Assembly (NCBI GenBank): GCA_031367385.1
Contig: JANLPS010000424.1
Location: forward strand, 1-14,126
DNA: 14,126 nucleotides
Direction: 5' to 3'
Origin: Archangium sp.
GTDB lineage: Bacteria > Myxococcota > Myxococcia > Myxococcales > Myxococcaceae
Part shown: in pieces, positions 9,052 to 14,126 of the stretch
Position numbering within the stretch: the stretch's first letter is position 1
Layout: each line of letters opens with the position of its first letter
Program-made: the position numbers and the translations under genes
The notes under the pieces: generated by a model
Seen by the model: only the letters and a program-made list of their open reading frames with translations
Told to the model about the DNA's origin: nothing
The model's database searches: none

Positions 9052-9410
9052 TCAGGCCGAGCGGGGTTTGGGCACGAAACCACGGGCCCCGGCGCGATGA
9101 CCTTCTTCGTGGTGGTGGCGCTGCCTCGCCTTTCGAATTTCGGCGCGGTCCAGGTAGCCGAGCACACGCGAGGGCTGTCAAGCTCGACCCACGATCAGCC
9201 CCGAGACGCTTGAGCACCGATACCGGGCCATCAGGCCGATCAGCACCACTTTCATCACCGGCACCACGATGACCCACTGGCCAAGGTGTGATCTTGCGGC
9301 CTCGCGCTGATCGCTCCGATCGGCACCGCCAGCGCGCACAACAGCAGCACGCGCTTATCGGTCTGAAAATCACGCAGGCCCTTGGAGTCGAGATGCTTCG
9401 CCGCGCTCAC
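9052..9410 (-). pseudogene. Collapsed ClC-family chloride channel (CBS-domain type) remnant
   Basis: Three minus-strand fragments: 9410-9303 (VSAAKHLDSKGLRDFQTDKRVLLLCALAVPIGAISA); after a 1-nt frameshift, 9288-9220 (HLGQWVIVVPVMKVVLIGLMARY); and 9168-9052 (RVLGYLDRAEIRKARQRHHHEE...stop). They resemble the N-terminus and the CBS C-terminus of MarR-associated ClC proteins (recognised from memory of the family). Confidence 0.7.
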
Positions 9411-9420
9411 GCCGATTGCC

Positions 9421-9454
9421 TTGACAGCGTCTACATCGTGTTGCGATATATATT
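9421..9454. promoter_or_regulatory. Divergent promoter region with candidate MarR operator
   Basis: TTGACA at 9421-9426, imperfect palindrome TACATCGT-GTT-GCGATATA at 9432-9450, and AT-rich TATATT at 9449-9454, all lying between the divergent ClC remnant and marR. Confidence 0.6.
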
Positions 9455-9471
9455 TGCGACCAGGTCGTCAA

Positions 9472-9879
9472 ATGCCTCTCTCCAAGCTCCACTATCAACG
9501 GCTGGCGACGTTGCGCGAAGCGCTCCGCCGGTTTCTGCACTTCAGTCAGAACGCGGCCGAGCGCGAAGGGCTCACGCCGCAACAGCACCAGGCGATGCTG
9601 GCGCTCAAGGGTTCTGCGCGTGGGTCGCTGTCAGTGGGAGAGCTCGCCGAGCAGCTCTACGTGCATCACCACAGCGCGGTGGGGCTGGTCGATCGCCTCG
9701 CGCGGCAGAAGCTGGTGCGGCGGCTGGCCTCGTCGACCGCCGATCGCCGCCGGGTCGAGCTGCGGCTCACGGCGCGCGGAGAGGCGCTCATCGATCGACT
9801 CTCGAGAGCCCATTGGCTCGAGCTTCAACAATTCGGCCCCGAGCTGCGCTCTGCTCTCGATGACATTCTCACGAGGTAG
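9472..9879 (+). CDS. MarR family winged-helix transcriptional regulator
   Basis: ATG 9472: 'YQRLATLREALRRFLHFS...GLTPQQHQAMLAL...SVGELAEQL...SAVGLVDRL...DRRRVELRLTARG'. The track start at 9382 overlaps the promoter/operator. Confidence 0.93.
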   Translation: MPLSKLHYQRLATLREALRRFLHFSQNAAEREGLTPQQHQAMLALKGSARGSLSVGELAEQLYVHHHSAVGLVDRLARQKLVRRLASSTADRRRVELRLTARGEALIDRLSRAHWLELQQFGPELRSALDDILTR

Positions 9880-9885
9880 ACGACG

Positions 9886-9975
9886 ATGCTCCACACTCTG
9901 AACCCACTGACCAAGCTGGCTCTGAAAATTGCGTTGGCCCTGGGCTCCGGGCTGACCGTCGCGCTGTTGTGTTGA
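9886..9975 (+). CDS. Putative 29-aa hydrophobic small protein (not in ORF track)
   Basis: MLHTLNPLTKLALKIALALGSGLTVALLC*. GAGG about 9 nt upstream, fills the gap after marR, and its TGA overlaps the TTG start of the next gene (TTGA). Confidence 0.5.
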   Translation: MLHTLNPLTKLALKIALALGSGLTVALLC

Positions 9976-10331
9976 AGCGATTCGGCTACGGCGCCGATTG
10001 GGTGTGCCTGGCCAGCTGGGCGCTTTACGCGCTGAACCGCTTCGCGATCGACCCGGCGCTCAAAGGCCCATTCATGCGAGATCATTTCAATGATCTGCTG
10101 CTGGTGCCGGCGGTCTTGCCGTTGGTGCTGTGGGTTCAGCGCCGGTTGGGGCTGCGGGCAGACGACGCACCGCCGCGGGCGCTCGAGGTCGCGCTGCATG
10201 TGTGTGCATGGTCATTCATGGCCGAGGTGATCGCTCCGCTGCTGACCCAGCGCGCGACGGGTGACGTGCTCGACGTCGCGGCGTACACCGCGGGGGCCCT
10301 GGGGGCCTGGTGCCTGTGGAGCGTGCGATGA
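9972..10331 (+). CDS. Small integral membrane protein of unknown function
   Basis: About 119 aa with 3-4 hydrophobic segments and polar motifs 'DHFNDLLLVP', 'AEVIAP', 'TGDVLDV'. Coupled by overlaps on both sides. GTG 9969 is an alternative start. Confidence 0.75.
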   Translation: MKRFGYGADWVCLASWALYALNRFAIDPALKGPFMRDHFNDLLLVPAVLPLVLWVQRRLGLRADDAPPRALEVALHVCAWSFMAEVIAPLLTQRATGDVLDVAAYTAGALGAWCLWSVR

Positions 10332-11041
10332 GCTTCGACCACCTCGCCCCCTGGTACCCCGCACTCGAGCGGCTGAGTGCCGGTGACCTGCTGCAGCGGG
10401 CCCGAGTGGCGTTTCTCGGCGAGCTGGCCGGGTGCCGTCGCATCTTGAGCGTCGGCGAAGGCCACGGCCGCTTCGCCCAGGCCTGCCTGTCGCGCTTTCC
10501 GCTCGCTGAATTGAGCTGTGTCGAGGCGAGTGCTGGCATGCGTGCACAAGCGGCGCGGCGGCTCGGACCAGCCGGCCAACGGGTCATCTGGCACGCAGCC
10601 GACGTTCGAACAGCCAAGCTCGATGGCCCCTACGACGCCCTCGTCACCTGCTTCTTTCTCGACTGCTTCACGCCCTCGGGGCTCGACGAGGTGGTCGACC
10701 TGCTGGCCGCCGCAGCGTCGCCGAGCGCGGTCTGGTTGGTGGCCGATTTCAGCCTGCCACCTCAGCGGGGCATCACCAGGCTGCGGGCCCGAACGGCCCA
10801 TGCCCTGATGTATGCATTCTTCGCACTGACGACCTCATTGTCAGCCCGCAGGCTGACGCCCCCTGACGCCGCGCTCGAGCGAAACGGCTTCAGGCGCGTT
10901 GGCCGGGAGCACTTCGACTGGGGTCTGCTGCAAGCCGATTGCTGGCGCCGCGGGCCGGGCCCAATCACCGACCGTGGTGATGCCGGCACAGATCAGCCCA
11001 AGCACGAGGGTGGAGCGCCCCAGGCCCCACAACCGACGTGA
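10328..11041 (+). CDS. Class I SAM-dependent methyltransferase
   Basis: ATG 10328 overlaps the upstream TGA. 'MSFDHLAPWY', motif I 'ILSVGEGHGRF', acidic 'CVEASAGM', 'YDALVTCFFLDCF', 'WLVADF'. The last ~28 aa are a low-complexity tail. Confidence 0.9.
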   Translation: MSFDHLAPWYPALERLSAGDLLQRARVAFLGELAGCRRILSVGEGHGRFAQACLSRFPLAELSCVEASAGMRAQAARRLGPAGQRVIWHAADVRTAKLDGPYDALVTCFFLDCFTPSGLDEVVDLLAAAASPSAVWLVADFSLPPQRGITRLRARTAHALMYAFFALTTSLSARRLTPPDAALERNGFRRVGREHFDWGLLQADCWRRGPGPITDRGDAGTDQPKHEGGAPQAPQPT

Positions 11042-11122
11042 CCCGAGCAGCGAGGCCGCGCCTTCGAGGCCGACCCAGGTCAGCAGCAGCGTCATCGGCA
11101 CCGCGTCGTCGAGCACAGGCAT
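10841..11122 (-). CDS. Putative small hydrophobic protein divergent from ECF sigma (possibly truncated; weak DUF2231-like appearance)
   Basis: ATG 11122 sits at exactly the same distance from a motif copy as the sigma gene ATG. The first ~54 aa contain two hydrophobic stretches ending 'GLICAGITTVGDW'; the remainder is antisense to the methyltransferase core. Confidence 0.45.
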   Translation of the reverse strand: MPVLDDAVPMTLLLTWVGLEGAASLLGSRRLWGLGRSTLVLGLICAGITTVGDWARPAAPAIGLQQTPVEVLPANAPEAVSLERGVRGRQPAG

Positions 11123-11126
11123 GGCA

Positions 11127-11156
11127 GTTCGATGCAGGGCAAGCGCGCTGGTAACA
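11127..11156 (-). promoter_or_regulatory. Candidate ECF promoter, leftward copy
   Basis: Minus strand TGTTAC (11156-11151)-N16-CATCGAAC (11134-11127)-N4-ATG (11122). Confidence 0.6.
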
Positions 11157-11162
11157 GAGAGT

Positions 11163-11192
11163 TGTCACTTTTCTCGAAATGCGACATCCAAC
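11163..11192 (+). promoter_or_regulatory. Candidate ECF promoter, rightward (autoregulatory) copy
   Basis: TGTCAC (11163-11168)-N16-CATCCAAC (11185-11192)-N4-ATG (11197). Confidence 0.62.
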
Positions 11193-11196
11193 AGAT

Positions 11197-11871
11197 ATGC
11201 AATCGCTCGAGCAGGCTCCCGGCGCGCCGACCAGCCCGCTGGGTGACGAGGAGATCGTACAGCTGGTGCTCAAAGGGCAGACCGCGCTCTTCGAGGTCTT
11301 GATTCGGCGCAATAACCAGCGGCTGTACCGCGCCATACGCTCGGTGGTGCACGACGAGGCGGTCGTTGAAGACGCGATGCAGCAGACCTACGTGCTGGCC
11401 TTTCAGCGGCTCTCGCAGTTCGCCTCCGGGTCGGCCTTTTCGACCTGGCTGCTGCGCATCGGGCTCAACGAAGGGCTCCAGTACCTGCGGCGAACGCGAA
11501 AGTGGCAACCTCTCGAGCTGGCTGACGATTCACAAGGAGAACGTGTGCCCGATTCGAGCAACGCCACGCCCGAGGCTCGGGCCTACGCGCGGCAAACCGT
11601 CGAACTCCTCGAGGAGATCATGGACCGGCTGCCCGCCACCTATCGGCTCGCCCTGGTGCTGCGCGAAATCGAAGGGCTCAGCGCCAGCGAGACCGCCGCC
11701 GCGATGGGCATCAGTGAAGACAACGTGAAGCAGCGGGTCTTTCGCGGGCGCGAATTGATGCGCGACCAGATTGAGGCGCGAACCGGCGAGGCCCTGCGCG
11801 AGGTGTTCTCATTCGAAGCGACGCGCTGTGACCGCGTCGTCGCGGGGGTCTTCGCGCAGCTTGGCCAGTGA
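11197..11871 (+). CDS. ECF-type RNA polymerase sigma-70 factor with short C-terminal extension
   Basis: Region 2 'FEVLIRRNNQRLYRAIRS...EDAMQQTYVLAF...FSTWLLRIGLNE', region 4 'LPATYRLALVLREIEGLSASETAAAMGISEDNVKQRVFRGR', tail 'FSFEATRCDRVVAGV'. ATG 11197 preferred over 11179. Confidence 0.93.
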   Translation: MQSLEQAPGAPTSPLGDEEIVQLVLKGQTALFEVLIRRNNQRLYRAIRSVVHDEAVVEDAMQQTYVLAFQRLSQFASGSAFSTWLLRIGLNEGLQYLRRTRKWQPLELADDSQGERVPDSSNATPEARAYARQTVELLEEIMDRLPATYRLALVLREIEGLSASETAAAMGISEDNVKQRVFRGRELMRDQIEARTGEALREVFSFEATRCDRVVAGVFAQLGQ

Positions 11872-11876
11872 ACGGG

Positions 11877-13127
11877 CTACTTGTAACGGTACGCCCAGGT
11901 GCGACGGTGGGGGTCGCTCAAGAAGACGTACACGTTGTCGACCGGGTCGTAGTCGAGGGCGTGAAAGACCACGTTGCCCGGCGTCTCACCGTCGGCTGAG
12001 ACGACCTGCATGACCTTCGAGTCCCACGTGTTGGTGGCAGGGTCGAAGGCGTAGAAGGTGTTGTTCAGTACTCCGCCGCCGATCACGTGGTTCTTCGAGT
12101 CGTACGCCCAGCCGTCTTCTTGGCTCGCGGGCGCACCGGCGGTGGTGAGCTCTTTGATCAGCACCGAATTCTTGGCGCGATCGAAGCTGAGCTCCCAGAC
12201 GTAGGTCACGGCGCCACGCATGAAATAGTAGAAGTGATCATTCGGAGGAAAATACACGAGGTTGTTCGAGTACCCGCGGTGAGCGGCGTCGTACGACGAA
12301 GCAGGGTCTTGCATCACTTGCGTGACGGTGTCGGTGGCGGGGTCGTAGGTCTTGAGGCCGTACTCTCCGAAGTCGAGCATCTTGCCCGAGACCGGATCGG
12401 CTTCGCCCGCCGTGGCGTAGTACCAATTTTCGTCTGGCTTGGTGCGGCCGTACGACCAGGTCTTCGCTTCGATGTCGAACCACATGGTTCGGGTCTGCAA
12501 CGGAGGGAAGGTCTGCGCGCCGCCGTGACAGGTCTCGGCCGAGAGACCTCCGCTGGTGAGAATCACGAGTGAGCGACGGCCGTTCACAATCGTCACGCCC
12601 ATCGTGTCCCAGGTGTGGCGGGCCAGAGGTGCGTGGTTGTCTTTCCACGACGCGGTGTCGGGGTCGAAGTTCTCGGGTGTTTGATTCGCGCACAGCGTGG
12701 CGGTGTACGCGGGCACCCACGCGAGGGTGTTGAAGTCGAAGATCTCGACTTCGTTGCCATAGGCACCGGCGTGGCCTCCGCCGAACATCAACATCTGGTG
12801 GCCAGTGCGGTCGTAGACGAAGCCGCTGTAATCGGTGATCGCGCCGCAACCGCCGCCGTTGTCGGTGGGCGAGTTGCAGGCGTAGCGGCCCAGGTCGAGC
12901 GCGGTGTTGTTCGCGATGGCGGCCAGCGTGGGGTTGCTCTTGAGGTCTCGGCCTGCGTCGAAGGGTGTGCCAGCGTCGGGCATGCTCAACGTGCCGGAGT
13001 CGAGCGTCGCGCTGACCCCGGCATCGGTGAGAGAGGCGCCACCCGCGTCGGTCATGCTCGAGGCCGTGCCCGTGCAGGCGCTCGCGAGTACGACTCCGCA
13101 CCACACCACAGCCAGACCCATTCGCAT
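11877..13127 (-). CDS. Putative lipoprotein with DAG-repeat linker and Kelch-like/beta-propeller domain
   Basis: Start ATG 13127: MRMGLAVVWCGVVLASA-C (lipobox-like), D(A/S)G linker, then beta-rich repeats ('MLMFGGGH...FDFNTLAW', 'FDIEAKTW', 'YDPATDT', 'FDPATNTW', 'YDPVDNV'). Confidence 0.78.
   Translation of the reverse strand: MRMGLAVVWCGVVLASACTGTASSMTDAGGASLTDAGVSATLDSGTLSMPDAGTPFDAGRDLKSNPTLAAIANNTALDLGRYACNSPTDNGGGCGAITDYSGFVYDRTGHQMLMFGGGHAGAYGNEVEIFDFNTLAWVPAYTATLCANQTPENFDPDTASWKDNHAPLARHTWDTMGVTIVNGRRSLVILTSGGLSAETCHGGAQTFPPLQTRTMWFDIEAKTWSYGRTKPDENWYYATAGEADPVSGKMLDFGEYGLKTYDPATDTVTQVMQDPASSYDAAHRGYSNNLVYFPPNDHFYYFMRGAVTYVWELSFDRAKNSVLIKELTTAGAPASQEDGWAYDSKNHVIGGGVLNNTFYAFDPATNTWDSKVMQVVSADGETPGNVVFHALDYDPVDNVYVFLSDPHRRTWAYRYK
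12951..13049 (-). repeat. Protein-level D(A/S)G repeats (5 copies) in lipoprotein linker
   Basis: TDAGG, TDAGV, LDSGT, PDAGT, FDAGR within 33 codons. Confidence 0.7.
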
Positions 13128-13372
13128 CAGGCCGGTGGTACCACGGCACCCCTGAGCCGGCGACTGAGCACAGGAGTGTTCAACGGCGTGCAGGGCGTCT
13201 TCGAAATGCGAACTGACCCACCTTTGTCGAGTGGGCCAGGCTGAGCGAGCGCAAACATTCGCAGCGAACCGAGCATCATGACTGCCTCCGAGCCTAGGAG
13301 CCCCGTGCCCTCCGTCGAAGTCTTCTCTCGGCGACTGGTGCACAAATGGCCCAGGCTTGGTACCAGTCGCTG

Positions 13373-14126
13373 GTGATCTACTGGGACTACAACGCCGGGG
13401 CGCCATTGCTGCCGAAGCTGGCCGCTCCGTTGACCGAGGCGTTGCTGGCGTCGGGCAACCCGTCGAGCGTGCACCAGGTCGGCCGCTCAGCCCGACGGCG
13501 AATCGACACCGCGCGCGAGACCGTGGCCAAGGCGTTCGGGTGCATGCCGCGTGAGGTCGCGTTCACCGGCTCGGGCTCTGAGGCCGCGGCGATCGCCATT
13601 CTCGGAGTGTGGGCAGCACGCAAAGACCACACCCGAACGCGCATCGTCACCTCGGCGATCGAGCACCCGTGTGTGTTGGGCTCGGTCGACCGCCTCGAGC
13701 GCGAAGGCGCCACCGTGGTGCGCGTCAAGCCCGAAGCCTCCGGCGCGGTAAGCCTCGCGGCGATGACGGAGGCGCTGACGCCTGACACCCTTTTCTGCTC
13801 GTTGATGGCGGTGAACAACGAGACCGGGGTGATTCAGCCGGTCTCAGAAGTCTCGCGACTGTGCACCTCACGCGGCATTCTCTTTCACTGCGATGCCGTG
13901 CAGGCGATTGGTCGGGTGCCGATGTCATTGCGTGAAGTGCCGGCCGACACGCTGTCGTTCTCGGCTCACAAGCTGGGCGGCCCGGCGGGTATCGGAGCGC
14001 TGATCAACCGCCGCGGGCTCGACATCATGGGGTTGACTCCGGGGCATCAAGAGAACGGTCGACGCGGTGGTACGCAAAATGTGGCGCTGGCAGAGGCGCT
14101 CGGCTTGGCGCTGACCGACGCGCTCG
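13373..14126 (+). CDS. iscS: Cysteine desulfurase (IscS/NifS group I, PLP-dependent), 3'-truncated by window; absent from ORF track
   Basis: Manual translation from GTG 13373 (in-frame ATG 13346 also possible): IYWDYNAGAP...GNPSSVH...FTGSGSEA...SAIEHPCV...MAVNNETGVIQP...HCDAVQAIG...SFSAHKLGGPAGIGAL...RGGTQNV. Open to the window end. The exact paralog is uncertain. Confidence 0.93.
   Translation, partial: MIYWDYNAGAPLLPKLAAPLTEALLASGNPSSVHQVGRSARRRIDTARETVAKAFGCMPREVAFTGSGSEAAAIAILGVWAARKDHTRTRIVTSAIEHPCVLGSVDRLEREGATVVRVKPEASGAVSLAAMTEALTPDTLFCSLMAVNNETGVIQPVSEVSRLCTSRGILFHCDAVQAIGRVPMSLREVPADTLSFSAHKLGGPAGIGALINRRGLDIMGLTPGHQENGRRGGTQNVALAEALGLALTDAL

Noticed and set aside
8918..9373. 151-aa minus-strand ORF with CCC motif
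   Set aside because: An off-frame reading of the ClC remnant that also overlaps the DHH gene; not protein-like.
9970..10038. Cys-UGA at the end of the 29-aa ORF as a selenocysteine readthrough, with a TCGGC/GCCGA hairpin downstream
   Set aside because: The hairpin loop starts only ~12 nt after the UGA, closer than in typical bacterial SECIS elements, and lacks a leading G. The UGA is simply explained by TTGA coupling to the next gene.
11174..13211. 11-bp direct repeat TCGAAATGCGA at 11174-11184 and 13201-13211 flanking sigma + lipoprotein
   Set aside because: Short, the first copy is inside a promoter spacer, and there is no mobile-element gene. Compatible with chance.
13245..13305. Loose resemblance to a c-di-GMP-I riboswitch (GCAAAC-ATTC...GCCTCCG.GCCTA)
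   Set aside because: It lacks the GNRA tetraloop, the GACGCAAA junction and convincing P1/P2 pairing. An Infernal/Rfam search would be needed to rescue it.
13128..13406. 93-aa N-terminal extension of the lipoprotein ORF in the track
   Set aside because: It overlaps the desulfurase start and would bury the signal peptide; ATG 13127 fits better.
1..14126. CRISPR arrays, IS elements, integrases, rRNA, clear rho-independent terminators
   Set aside because: No regularly spaced repeats, transposase or recombinase motifs, or strong hairpin+U-tract seen; convergent gene pairs abut within a few bp.

Overview
GC-rich window with a Myxococcota-like gene content (taxon inferred from protein style, not verified). 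Left half, probably core genome: an ABC-2 permease / GldG-like / DUF4340 operon (5'-truncated), a CobB sirtuin, a MerR-like HTH+TPR protein, a single-domain response regulator, a TPR+zincin protein, a tRNA-Sec (selC, UCA anticodon, 8/5 fold), and a translationally coupled pair of a Fic protein lacking the catalytic His and a DHH phosphoesterase. From ~9050 to ~13340 lies an accessory-looking mosaic: a collapsed ClC chloride-channel pseudogene divergent from a MarR regulator (palindrome between them); MarR followed by an unannotated 29-aa hydrophobic ORF, a small membrane protein and a SAM methyltransferase; an ECF sigma factor; and a beta-propeller-like lipoprotein. The window ends in an IscS/NifS-type cysteine desulfurase that is absent from the ORF track. 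The most striking signal is a pair of back-to-back, identically spaced motifs, TGT(C/T)AC-N16-CATC(C/G)AAC-N4-ATG. One points into the ECF sigma gene and the other into a small divergent hydrophobic ORF, suggesting a leaderless, autoregulated ECF module.
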